The notes under the pieces: model-generated
What the model saw: only the letters and a program-made list of their open reading frames with translations
Databases searched by the model: none
Told to the model about the DNA's origin: nothing
Virus record (IMG/VR): IMGVR_UViG_3300035180_001847
Location: 32,001 to 96,000 of that record
Reading direction: 5' to 3' (one strand)
Length of the DNA: 64,000 nucleotides
From: a virus
Part shown: piece after piece, positions 18,496-28,992 of the stretch
How positions within the stretch are numbered: the first letter of the stretch is position 1
Layout: the number at the start of each line of letters is the position of its first letter
Position numbers and translations under genes: made by a program

Positions 18496-19794
18496 ATGGA
18501 TCAAAGTTTATACAATATATGTAAAAGAAAAAGTAACGGCGAAGATTCTAGAACTTGGGAAGAGATTGCAAAAGAAAATGGTATTTCTTCGGGAAAAGTT
18601 TTAAAGGATCGCTGGTCTCGCATTAAAAAATCTGGAAATAAAAATTTCATGGGCAATAAAGAATCAAATGTGGAAAAAGAAAGCACCACATTTACGGAAA
18701 CAGATGATGCAATTCATGTTGTTTGTGATTCAAAAAGAATTAAAACAAAAGAAGATGTAATCAATTTTTTTAATATTGATACTAATATTTGGAAAATAAA
18801 AGAATTCACCGTAAGAACAAGTGAAGGTTATCGTAAAGATCGCAAGGTTGATTGGAATGTATCCGATGGAGTTGTTGTAAATGGGGATGTAAAAGATAGT
18901 GGAAAAATTCTAATCGTTCCAATGATGCATACTGAGACAAAACTTGTTAGACGTGAAATGAATGATATTTCTTTCAAAGAAATAGACGAGTTTTTTAAAG
19001 AATACAAGCCAGTGAATTATGCGAACAACCCCAAAACCAAGCAATATAAAAATAATGGTTTGGTTCTTGAAATTGATTTAGCCGATTTGCATGTTGGAAA
19101 CGAGTCTTTGACATTTGAACAAGTAAGAGAAAGAATTGCCTATTTGATTCAAGATATAAAAGAGAGAACGTCCAATCTCTTGCTTGAAAAAATAATACTT
19201 GTTCAATTGGGTGACATTATGCATTTTGACGGAGTTAACAGGACTACAACTGGTGGAACTCTTGTGACCTACGGCGACAATTTCAAAGATGCTTGGGATA
19301 ATGCGGTATCTCTACTTATTTGGGTAATTGAACAATTGTCTCAGATAACTAAGGTAGAAGTAATAAATATTTATGGTAATCATGATAAATCTAGCTCATA
19401 TACAATTGCCAAAGCCGTTGAAATTGCTTTTAGTAAAAATAAAAATGTTGTAATTGATGCGAATCATAATATTAGAAAATATAGAGTTATTGGCAAATCT
19501 CTTGTTGCATTTATTCATGGTGATATGCCACCCAAAAATATAAAATCCATTATTCAGCGTGAGGCGCGAAAAGAATTTGGAAATACAGAATACGCGGAAA
19601 TACATTTGGGGCATTTGCATCATGAACATAGCGTTGAGGCTGATGGGGTCATAATGAGGTATTTACCAAGCATTACTGTTCCCGATGATTGGCATGAGGC
19701 TAACGGTTTCACTGGTGCAAAACAGGGAACAATGTCATTTTTATGGCATCCTGAAAAGGGATTAATTGAAACTTGGTTTACGGGGGTTCAATAA
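18496..19794 (+). CDS. calcineurin-like metallophosphoesterase (YonJ-like)
   Basis: DLHVG, LGDIMH, GNHD, HGD and GHLH motifs; N-terminal HTH-like segment. Confidence 0.9.
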   Translation: MDQSLYNICKRKSNGEDSRTWEEIAKENGISSGKVLKDRWSRIKKSGNKNFMGNKESNVEKESTTFTETDDAIHVVCDSKRIKTKEDVINFFNIDTNIWKIKEFTVRTSEGYRKDRKVDWNVSDGVVVNGDVKDSGKILIVPMMHTETKLVRREMNDISFKEIDEFFKEYKPVNYANNPKTKQYKNNGLVLEIDLADLHVGNESLTFEQVRERIAYLIQDIKERTSNLLLEKIILVQLGDIMHFDGVNRTTTGGTLVTYGDNFKDAWDNAVSLLIWVIEQLSQITKVEVINIYGNHDKSSSYTIAKAVEIAFSKNKNVVIDANHNIRKYRVIGKSLVAFIHGDMPPKNIKSIIQREARKEFGNTEYAEIHLGHLHHEHSVEADGVIMRYLPSITVPDDWHEANGFTGAKQGTMSFLWHPEKGLIETWFTGVQ

Positions 19795-19807
19795 AATAAA
19801 TTTTTTT

Positions 19808-19913
19808 AACTGACCTGAACATCTAATTATACAACTGGTGACGATGACTGCTATTCGGCTGTAACGGTATGTGGGCTTGAGTAACCCTAAGTTGTATATG
19901 TGGTCAGTTTTTT
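19808..19913 (+). ncRNA. candidate structured RNA or long terminator
   Basis: AACTGACC/GGTCAGTT and ATACAACT/AGTTGTAT nested stems followed by a T tract. Confidence 0.4.
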
Positions 19914-20034
19914 ATTTAAGGGGGAGGGGGAATTTATTATTATGCATACACCCTATAAAAAATATTTTCAATAAATAATTGAAAGAGTATAATTTATATT
20001 ATATTGAAAGTATGGGTATTTTAAATAAATAAAT

Positions 20035-20108
20035 GCTTTCATAGTTTAATTAGCAAAGCCATCCTTTGTAACGATGAGTTGGTGGTGCAATTCCACCTGA
20101 AAGCTCCA
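20035..20108 (+). tRNA. tRNA-Thr(UGU)
   Basis: GCTTTCA/TGAAAGC acceptor, TT-TGT-AA loop, GGTGG/CCACC T arm, encoded CCA. Confidence 0.85.
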
Positions 20109-20115
20109 TGATTCA

Positions 20116-20141
20116 AAGACACCTTGCAAGGTGTCTTTTTT
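20116..20141 (+). terminator. intrinsic terminator
   Basis: AAAGACACCTTGCAAGGTGTCTTTTTT. Confidence 0.8.
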
Positions 20142-20280
20142 AATTTAAGGCTATGGAATATGAATAACAATAATAAAAAATTTTGTATTCATACTTGTTA
20201 AATAGCATGTTCCAATTCTATTGATGAACAGAAATAAACTTGTCTAATGGGGCATATATAACAATTGTAATTTAAGTAAA

Positions 20281-20358
<78 letters not shown>

Positions 20359-20403
20359 AAAATTAAGATGGTTACTCTTTTCGATAAAGAGGAGGAAAAG
20401 AAA

Positions 20404-21405
20404 ATGGGTAAAATAAGGTCTCGCAGATTGAATCAACAAGAACAAGACGAAATCATATATTGTCGAAAATGTACTTTACAAAAACCGCCTTCTGAATTTT
20501 ATGATAGTCCAGATAAATTACTGGATACGAATGGTAAATTGAGCGTGTGTAAATCTTGCGTTAATGATATTTTCAATGGATTTATGATTTCAACAAATTC
20601 TTCTCTATCCGAATCTATAAATAAAACATGCAAGATACTCAATATTTATTATTCTTCTAAATCTGTGGAATCATTGAAAGCCCACATTGAAACTTTGGGT
20701 GATAAAGCACTAGAAAAAAATTTATTTGGAATGTATAAAATTCATTTGGCAAGATTTTTAAGTTTAAATCAAGGTATCAATGGAACGTATGAGTTTGATG
20801 GCTCTTATGTTCGGCCAAGTGATGAAGATGCGTTGGTAAATGAAAATTCCGAATATAAAAAAGAGTTATATAATTTTTGGGGTACTGGTTTGGAATGGGA
20901 AGATTATCAATTTCTTGAAAATGAATTGGCACAATGGAAAACCACCCATAAGCATGATACTCGTTCAGAATTAATTTTCTTGAGAGAAATAGCCTTTATT
21001 TTATTGGATATAAAAAAGGCAAGGGAAAGTGGTCAATCTACTTCGACATTGATGAAACAATTTCAAGAAACTGTGAAAACCGCTGGACTTGATCCTGCAA
21101 ACGCATCCGCAATTACGGGGGCGCAAGAGACATTTGGTAATTGGATAAAAGAAATTGAAACTAAAACTCCTGCTGAATGGTATGAGAATGATAAATTATT
21201 TAAAGATGTTGATAATTTATCTAAATATTGGGAAAATTATGTTACTCGTCCTTTAAAAAATTTTATTACGGGTTCAAGAGATTTCAATATTTCTGAGGCA
21301 TCTGAAGAAGGCGAAGATTCTCCCGAATTAGATTTATCATCTGCATCATCAGATGGTGATTATGGAATAGATATTATCGGAGATTCAAATGACGGCGATA
21401 ACTAA
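20404..21405 (+). CDS. probable terminase small subunit (YonG-like)
   Basis: CRKC...CKSC zinc finger; immediately upstream of TerL; start MGKIRS after GAGGAGG. Confidence 0.65.
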   Translation: MGKIRSRRLNQQEQDEIIYCRKCTLQKPPSEFYDSPDKLLDTNGKLSVCKSCVNDIFNGFMISTNSSLSESINKTCKILNIYYSSKSVESLKAHIETLGDKALEKNLFGMYKIHLARFLSLNQGINGTYEFDGSYVRPSDEDALVNENSEYKKELYNFWGTGLEWEDYQFLENELAQWKTTHKHDTRSELIFLREIAFILLDIKKARESGQSTSTLMKQFQETVKTAGLDPANASAITGAQETFGNWIKEIETKTPAEWYENDKLFKDVDNLSKYWENYVTRPLKNFITGSRDFNISEASEEGEDSPELDLSSASSDGDYGIDIIGDSNDGDN

Positions 21406-23542
21406 TTTCAGAAATAAGCGGGAAATAAATAAATCTAAATCAAGACAAAATAACTTGTTTTTAGCTCCAAAGAAAATGACGAGAGCAGAAGATATAATTG
21501 GTTCAAGAAGAGACAGATTAATTGATTGGATAACTTTTTACAGAAGAAATATGCACAGATTCGTGCAACATTATTTAGGAATAAAACTGCATCCATATCA
21601 GATTATATGGATTTATATGATGTCCATTTCGGATTCTTTTGTGGCAATATGCAGTCGCGCAGCAGCTAAAACTTGGTTATTGGGGGTTTTTAGTGTTGCA
21701 AAAGCCATATTGTATCCAGGTTCTGAAATTGTGGTTGTAGCTTTAACAAAAGAACAGGCTGGGAAGATTATTACCGAAAAAATAAAACCGCTTGCGAATC
21801 GCTATCCTATGGTTGCAAGAGAAATATCTGAAATTAGAACGAGTTTAAATTTATATGAATGTCAATTTCATAATGGGAGTGTGATTAGAGTTGTTCCAAG
21901 CAGAGATTCGGCTCGTGGTGGAAGGGCATCCATGCTTATCATGGAAGAGTTTAGATTGATTTCAAAAGATATTTTGGATTCCGTTATTCGACCTTATTTA
22001 GTTGTTAGGCAAGCACCCTATTTAAAAATAGATAAATATAGTCATTTAATTGAAGAACCAAGAGAAGTATTTATTTCTTCTGCTTATCATAAATCAGAAT
22101 GGTGGTACAAAGAAAGTTTATCAACGATAAAAGCGATGTTGAAAGGCGATAACGCTAATTTTTTTGCAACCGATTTAATGGTGGCCATTAAGCATGGTAT
22201 AAAAACCGTGAAGCAAATTAAACGTGAAAAAACCAAAATGGATGAAGTTACCTATCAAGAAGAATATTTGAATATTCCATTTGGTGAAAGCGGAGATTCG
22301 TATTATAAATTAGGTATGTTTACGAAACTTAGGGATTTAAAAAAGGGTTTTTATCCGCAAAAGGCTGATACATATAACGCTAAAAAAAATCCTTATGCTA
22401 TTTTAAAAATTGATGATGAAATTAGATTAGTGTCGGTGGATGTTGCAACTCGCGCCGGAAAAACAAATGACTTAACGATTATAAGTTGCATTAGACTTTT
22501 ACCAACATCTCATGGTTATCATAGAGAAGTTTGTTATATTGAAAGTTTTTCTGGAAAAAATACAATTGAGCAAGGTTTACGAATCAAACAAATTTTCTAT
22601 GATTTTGAAGGGGATAATATCGTACTCGATATTCAAAATGCAGGGATGAAAATAGTTGTCCTCCCCATTAGTGATTTTGGGGTAATTAATTTGCGGAATT
22701 AAGCGGGAAGCCTGAAATGGTAATCCGAACCGAAGATTGAATTTAAAATTTCAATCAGGGGCAGAGCATAGTCTTGAAACTATCATTATATTGAAAATAT
22801 TATTACGATAGATATATAATAGACCAAGAGGCCGCAATATCTTTTTGAGAAAATGGTATTTGTGGTGAAAAATGATGATTCCAATTAATCATTAAAATTT
22901 CTTAAAAAGATAAAAAGATATGCCGAACTAATAGGAAACGAACTATTAGAACATGCTGATAAAAAACAGTGTGGATAACAAATTTGTTCTATTTTAGACC
23001 AGTTGGGCGTTGTCACAAAAGACGATGAGCGCGGAATTGAATATCCTGCTATGACGGTTATGCAACATGAATCGATTGAAGAAAAAGTTTATCTTGAATT
23101 AGTGGCAAGAACGCTTGGCGCAAATGCCCTTCCAATTATTTATCCTATATCCGCCACTGGAAATCTTAATAGCAATATTGCTGTTGATTTTAGAGATAAA
23201 TTGAAGAAAAAAATGTTTTCTTTTCTTTTGGATGAGACTGCTGCTGAAGATTTTTTGTTGAAACATAATAAAGAAGTCATGGTTGCAAATGATGAACTTG
23301 CTTTAAAGGCTTTTTTTATGAATCCTTATATTCAAACAACATTGCTCATCAATGAATGTATAAATTTATCGATGAGTATTATTTCAGGTAATATCAAATT
23401 AAAAGAACGATCTGGTGGTCGTAAAGATAGATATACATCCGTGAGTTATGCAAATTATTTTGCTAGTTTTTTGGATAAGGATATAATGAGAGAAGAAGGC
23501 AATCATGATGATGATTTATTGAATAGCGTCGTGGTTTTATAG
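21389..23542 (+). CDS. terL: terminase large subunit, spliced: join(21389..22647,22987..23542), 604 aa
   Basis: Walker A SRAAAKT, Walker B LIMEEFR, nuclease VDVA and KDRYTS; removing the intron gives DIQNAGISILDQL in frame. Confidence 0.9.
22648..22986 (+). ncRNA. group I self-splicing intron, no homing endonuclease
   Basis: P1 GGGAU/GUCCU with U.G at the 5' splice site; P10 AAAATAG/CTATTTT; P3 TTGCGG/CCGCAA; P7 GCATA/TATGC; terminal G; restores the frame. Confidence 0.9.
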
Positions 23543-23596
23543 TGAATATGATAATAAATATAATAAAATTTAGTTGAAGGAGGTAAAATACTAAAT

Positions 23597-25201
23597 ATGG
23601 CTAGAACAAAAAAGGCTTCATCTCCTTCTAAGAAAGATGAAAAAAATGATGATGGGTTAATTTCGGCTGAAGATGTGTGGGATGTTTTGAAATTTGCGTC
23701 GAATTTATATGGTGGTGTGATTCCTCAATATGGAATTTCCGGTGTTTATAATCCAATGTTGACGAATGACATTATGAAAAATATGACGCTTCATCCACAG
23801 GCTGTAACATCCGATCAGGTTGACAAGGCTTTAGCAGACCCGAAGAACAATGAGCAAAATTTAATTGGATACAGCGAATTCTTCGAGTTGTCAAATATGC
23901 TTTATAAGCGGATTTTATATTATTTATCTGGCATGTTATCATTTGATTTGACATATGTTTGTATAAATGCAGAACCAGATGATTATAAGACAACAAGATA
24001 TAAAGGTGATTTACAAATAGTTCAAGATTTTCTTGATAAATTTGATGTAAAAAAAGAATTTAAAACCATTCTTCGTCAAATGCTCAGACAAGAGGCCTAT
24101 TTTGGAATTCTGCGTGATGATGGAGAAAAATACGTCATGCAAGAAATTGATGAGAGCTACTGTTTAATTACGGGAAGATTTGATTACGGGCTTTTGTTTG
24201 ATTATAATGCCATTCAAATGCTCAATCCTGGTTTTGACATCGATTTTTATCCAGAAATTTTCAAGACATTTTATGATAAAATTTTTAGAGATGGAAATAG
24301 CGCAAATTTATATAATCCCGCTGCATCTGTTATGAATAGAGATAAAAATTGGGTGTACTGGATACAGACGAGTCCCGAACAAGGGTTTGCTTGTTTTAAA
24401 TTCAATGAAGAAATTGGTACTAGAGTTCCTTTCTTTGCGCCTCTGTTTCCAGATGTGGTCAATGGAAATCTTATCCGCAAACTTCAAACAAATTCTTATA
24501 TAAGTGAAGCAAGTAAAATACTTGTTGGAAAGATTCCAATGATAAATAATCCTAAGGGTGCTGGTGTACGCGATAGTTTGGCTATCTCTCCAGAACTACT
24601 TGGCAAGTTCTTGGCATTATTGAAAGCGGGATTGGCAGAAACAGTTCGCGTCGCTGGAAGTCCGCTGGAGAATATGCAAGGAGTAGAATTTACAAGCAGG
24701 GATTATTACCAGCAATATTTAAAAACAACTGGTTCTGCATCTGGAATAGATTCGAGATTGATTTTTACCATAGATAAGCCTACTCAAATGGAATCGCAGC
24801 TTAGTACAAATGTTGATGAGTATTTAATTGGACACGTTTATAATTATTTCAATGACTTTCTTAATTATCATATAAATAAAAGAACTAAAAAATATAAATT
24901 TAGATTCTTTTTTGAAGGTACGAATTTATTTACAAATCGGGCGGAAAGATTGGATACTCAATTGAAATTGATGCCCTTTGGAATAGTTAATTATCAAAAA
25001 ATAGCTTCTGCCATTGGTCAATTACCCCATCATTTCCTGAAGCAGTTGCAGGAAACAAGGGCGATTGGATTTGTGGATATGTTGACACCAATTCAAACTT
25101 CTGCCACATTGAGCAGTAATTATGGCGGTGCGCCTAAAAAATCGGCTGGTGATTTATCGGATTCTGGGGCGCAAGCAAGAGATGATTCTGGGAATTATTA
25201 A
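23597..25201 (+). CDS. portal protein (YonE-like)
   Basis: 534 aa after TerL; C-terminal PIQTSATLS..GGAPKK pattern. Confidence 0.8.
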   Translation: MARTKKASSPSKKDEKNDDGLISAEDVWDVLKFASNLYGGVIPQYGISGVYNPMLTNDIMKNMTLHPQAVTSDQVDKALADPKNNEQNLIGYSEFFELSNMLYKRILYYLSGMLSFDLTYVCINAEPDDYKTTRYKGDLQIVQDFLDKFDVKKEFKTILRQMLRQEAYFGILRDDGEKYVMQEIDESYCLITGRFDYGLLFDYNAIQMLNPGFDIDFYPEIFKTFYDKIFRDGNSANLYNPAASVMNRDKNWVYWIQTSPEQGFACFKFNEEIGTRVPFFAPLFPDVVNGNLIRKLQTNSYISEASKILVGKIPMINNPKGAGVRDSLAISPELLGKFLALLKAGLAETVRVAGSPLENMQGVEFTSRDYYQQYLKTTGSASGIDSRLIFTIDKPTQMESQLSTNVDEYLIGHVYNYFNDFLNYHINKRTKKYKFRFFFEGTNLFTNRAERLDTQLKLMPFGIVNYQKIASAIGQLPHHFLKQLQETRAIGFVDMLTPIQTSATLSSNYGGAPKKSAGDLSDSGAQARDDSGNY

Positions 25202-25396
25202 AACTTATTTTCAACAAAATAAAAGTTTTCTTGTGAGACTGTCTTGAATTGTTTCATAAATTTTATAAAATAAATTTATCGGATAATATTTATGTTAGCC
25301 TCTTCATAAGGAAATTGTTTTTAGAATAAAAATAGTTCAAAAAATAGTGGTTCTTTTTTTGAAAATATTGAAATATTTAAGATAAGGAGGTGAATC

Positions 25397-25921
25397 ATGT
25401 CCTATAACGGTTCAAGACCCTTGATTTCAGATGATGTCAATAACAAGTTGAATTTGATAGTTCAAAAATTATTCATAGGCAATAGAATAATGGATAGGGG
25501 TATGAGTGTCATAGGTGTTAAATATCTGATGAATCATACTGTTGATATTATACATCCTCTTATAGCTCATCGATACCCATTAATGGCAGATTTGATTTCT
25601 GGTTATCAAGAAGCAAGAAATTGTTTGACTGTTTATGGTGATGTACCAACGGATGATACAGAATACAATTCTGTCCCAGAATTTTTTGACAGAATGGTTG
25701 AATATCAAATTGATTTGGAGAATTTGGTTTATCAGGTTTGTGAATTCGCTCAAGAAGAAAATGATTATATGACCAAAGTGTTTCTTGATAAATTTATGCT
25801 CGATTTAATTCCGTTGACTAAACAATTATTGTTGTTATCTGATAAGGCAAATATGTATTCTGATAAATGTGAAGATTTTGATGCAAGAATAGAACAATTT
25901 ATAATATTGGAATCTTTATAA
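25397..25921 (+). CDS. ferritin-like four-helix-bundle protein
   Basis: EYNSVPEFFDRMVEYQIDLE...AQEENDYMTKVFLD resembles ferritin helices C and D; AAGGAGG RBS. Confidence 0.6.
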   Translation: MSYNGSRPLISDDVNNKLNLIVQKLFIGNRIMDRGMSVIGVKYLMNHTVDIIHPLIAHRYPLMADLISGYQEARNCLTVYGDVPTDDTEYNSVPEFFDRMVEYQIDLENLVYQVCEFAQEENDYMTKVFLDKFMLDLIPLTKQLLLLSDKANMYSDKCEDFDARIEQFIILESL

Positions 25922-26085
25922 ATCTTGATTGAGTTCAAATGAGGGAATGCACCAGATTAATTACTAGATTGATAAGACAATCAAAAATATTTTTCTATCT
26001 GTCTTGTTTATGTTTGGAGTGTTTTTTGATTTATTATTGTAAAGTTTGTTTTAAGTAAAGAGATAAAAACAAGGAGATAAACATT

Positions 26086-26307
26086 ATGTTGATAAAAAAC
26101 GCAGATGAAATGGCGGAAACATTTTCTTGCGGTCAATTGCTGGGGAAGTGGCTTCACCATGACATGAATATTCCAGTATTGTCAATAGAAGAACCAAGAG
26201 ATTATGAAACGGAAACAAGATATATTTTTTCAAACACAGACCTTTTAAAAGAAGCTCTAAATAAAAAGCCTTTTTGGATAAAATTGGCAAATATTTTTGT
26301 AAACTAA
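26086..26307 (+). CDS. small hypothetical protein
   Basis: 73-aa ORF with AAGGAG RBS. Confidence 0.65.
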   Translation: MLIKNADEMAETFSCGQLLGKWLHHDMNIPVLSIEEPRDYETETRYIFSNTDLLKEALNKKPFWIKLANIFVN

Positions 26308-26321
26308 GGAGGTGAATATAA

Positions 26322-28316
26322 TTGAATGATAAAATTACATTCGCCATAGATAAATACCAGCTTCTTAGCGATTCAGAAAATGAGCAACTTGCTAAACTTA
26401 AACTTTTTATCTGTCGTGAAGGAAATAACCTGCATAATTTACCTATATCATGGGATACGATTATTGCAGCGAAAAATTCACTGGTGGGAAAACCGATTCT
26501 AACAAATTATATTCCATACAAAGATGACTTTGGAAGTCACGATCCTCAGGAAAGCCCAGTGGGATGTTTCATAAATGAAAATGATATTTCCGAAGAAAAA
26601 GATGAATATGGTAATAAGTGGTTGACAAGCATTGGTTATATATGGAAAGGATATTTTCCCCAAGTATATGATGTTCTAAGAAAAAGAGACAATAAAAAAG
26701 AAAATTCACCCGTTTCAATGGAAATAGTTGTGTTAGATGGCGATAAAAATGATGATGGAATGTTTAACAGTGTTTCATTATTTAGTTTTATGGGCGTGAC
26801 ACTTCTGGGTTCTAAAGTTCAACCCGCCATTCCAAATGCCAGAGCAACATTGAATTTTACGATGATGTTAGAACAAACCAAACAGCTTCTTCAATATTCA
26901 TATAATCATATTGATTTTCAGATACCGTCCAATGTAAAATCTAATGCTCAAAAAGGTTTAGATTTATATTTTGAAAATAAAAGGGGCGGAAATTCATTTA
27001 ATTTAAGCATGGCTCGTTATCTATCTAAAAATAAGATGATAGAACCAGATAAAGTTAAAAAGCTCCATCGGGCACTACTATCCAAATCCAAACAAGACCT
27101 TGCCAAAGATGGGAATAATTATATTTCATTTATGTTGCTTGGTGGGAAAGCTGGATTGGATTGGTGCAATGGTTTAATAAATGATATGAGTAAGACTGAT
27201 AATCAGAAATCGTCTTACTTTGCGGAGGATGAATATATGAGCACTAATGAATATGGAAAAGGCGAAGCTATTAAAGTTGATAAATCATTTAAGGCAATGG
27301 ATATTAATTCATGGGGAAATGTGGATAAAACTTCTTTGAGAAACAAGGTTTTAAATGCGAGTAATTATAAAACATTGGTAAATGATGTTTATGCTTTAGT
27401 GGAATCTGGATGGGAAGATGCTCCCAGTGAACATCTCAAATATCCAATCATGGTTATTAAAAACGGTGTTGCTGTTTATAATAGATATGGTCTTTCTGCG
27501 GCATTGCAACGCGCAGAGGGTCAAAATGAAAGTGATGTTGTTTCAAAAATTAATGGTATTTATAAGTCATTAGGATTGGACAACGAAAATAAAAGCAAGG
27601 AGGAAAAAAGTTCAATGGCAAAAAAAATGAAAGAAGGTTCTTCCGAAGAAGAAAAACAAGAATCGCCTGAGGAAGAAAAGAAAGAGGATATGGCGACTGA
27701 AGGTTCTAAGGCAGAAGAAGAACAAGAAACCGCATCCGAAGAAAAAGGGGAGCAAGAACAAGGTAGGGGTGATAAGTCTGATTCCGAAAAGAAAATGGCT
27801 AAGTCTAAGAAATCTGCTGAAGGTTCTCCTGAAGAAGAAAAACAAGAATTTCAATTGGAAGATGACAAAGAAGATGCAAAAATGTCTCTCGATGACTATG
27901 CCGATGTTGGAGCAATGATGGCTATGCTTGGTATGGAGACTGAACAGAATCGTTCTCTTGCAAAAGAATTGGTTTCTCCTGAAATGGGAAATTTGTTTGC
28001 CGAGGTTTTTGCTAAGGTAAAAGAATTAGCTGAATTCAAAGCGGATATTGAAAAAGAGAAAATGGCTTATGAAGTTGAAAAAACCATGAGTGAAGTTGAA
28101 TTGCCTGCAACCAAGAAAGAAGAACTTAAGACTGAAGCATCAAAATTTTCTTTGGGGAATATTGATATTTGGAAAAACAAGGTCAAAGCCGAGGCCTATG
28201 AATTTTCAAAAATCAATAAAATGGAAAAGGTAAAAGACAATATCAAAAGATATGCCCTTCCTTTTAACGTGAAAGCCGAAAAGAAAAATGATTCTTTATG
28301 GCAAGGCAATGGTTAA
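26322..28316 (+). CDS. prohead protease/scaffold fusion (YonD-like)
   Basis: KPIL...DFGSH...GYIWK...VSMEI...GVTLLG...PA protease-like N-terminus, acidic coiled-coil C-terminus. Confidence 0.75.
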   Translation: MNDKITFAIDKYQLLSDSENEQLAKLKLFICREGNNLHNLPISWDTIIAAKNSLVGKPILTNYIPYKDDFGSHDPQESPVGCFINENDISEEKDEYGNKWLTSIGYIWKGYFPQVYDVLRKRDNKKENSPVSMEIVVLDGDKNDDGMFNSVSLFSFMGVTLLGSKVQPAIPNARATLNFTMMLEQTKQLLQYSYNHIDFQIPSNVKSNAQKGLDLYFENKRGGNSFNLSMARYLSKNKMIEPDKVKKLHRALLSKSKQDLAKDGNNYISFMLLGGKAGLDWCNGLINDMSKTDNQKSSYFAEDEYMSTNEYGKGEAIKVDKSFKAMDINSWGNVDKTSLRNKVLNASNYKTLVNDVYALVESGWEDAPSEHLKYPIMVIKNGVAVYNRYGLSAALQRAEGQNESDVVSKINGIYKSLGLDNENKSKEEKSSMAKKMKEGSSEEEKQESPEEEKKEDMATEGSKAEEEQETASEEKGEQEQGRGDKSDSEKKMAKSKKSAEGSPEEEKQEFQLEDDKEDAKMSLDDYADVGAMMAMLGMETEQNRSLAKELVSPEMGNLFAEVFAKVKELAEFKADIEKEKMAYEVEKTMSEVELPATKKEELKTEASKFSLGNIDIWKNKVKAEAYEFSKINKMEKVKDNIKRYALPFNVKAEKKNDSLWQGNG

Positions 28317-28396
28317 TAATTAAATAAAACTATTGTGATTTTACCATCACAATTTATTTTTAAATATATAGAAAAGATAATGGAGGATTTTTAAAC

Positions 28397-28942
28397 ATGA
28401 GTCATGGAATTTTAGTACAAGATGCTGTGCAAGCAATGAATATCGATGCGCTTAATCGTAGTGCTGTAGCGGCTGTTGATTTAGATAGGGGCAATGTGTT
28501 TGCGCTTGATGCACAATCTGCGGTTGCCGGACAAACTGAAGCATGGACAGTCGTGCAACCTGCTACTGGAGCGCACTTAACTCATCTTTGGATGTGTTCA
28601 CAACCAGAAGATGTTGTAGTATATAGTGGTTCAAATGCTTATAAGGGACTTAATCCAGACCCTCGCAACTTTTATGTTAAGAGTGGTTTAGTGTTTACGG
28701 CTTTCCAACCTCAAATTGGAGATGTGATTGAATTGAGTGCCGATGCACTTGGAACTGGTTCAGGAGTTGCATCTGCTTACGCCGTTGCCGTTAATGGTAG
28801 TTATCAATTGACTTGGGCTACCGCCCCAATTTCTGGTTTGACACTTACCTATTTGTCAACATCTTACGTTTCTATTGCTGATGGTTCTATTGGCACTCAG
28901 CGTGTTACAATGTACAAATTTGCTGTTGCGGCTTTAGCATAA
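28397..28942 (+). CDS. head decoration protein (YonC-like)
   Basis: Between scaffold and major capsid protein; A/V/T/G-rich. Confidence 0.6.
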   Translation: MSHGILVQDAVQAMNIDALNRSAVAAVDLDRGNVFALDAQSAVAGQTEAWTVVQPATGAHLTHLWMCSQPEDVVVYSGSNAYKGLNPDPRNFYVKSGLVFTAFQPQIGDVIELSADALGTGSGVASAYAVAVNGSYQLTWATAPISGLTLTYLSTSYVSIADGSIGTQRVTMYKFAVAALA

Positions 28943-28992
28943 TAATCCTTTGGGGTTATAAAATAAAATAGAATATTGGAGGATTAAATTAA

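Noticed and set aside
21389-23542. Two separate terminase genes, or an intein
   Set aside because: The gap has group I intron structure and in-frame stops; splicing restores one ORF.
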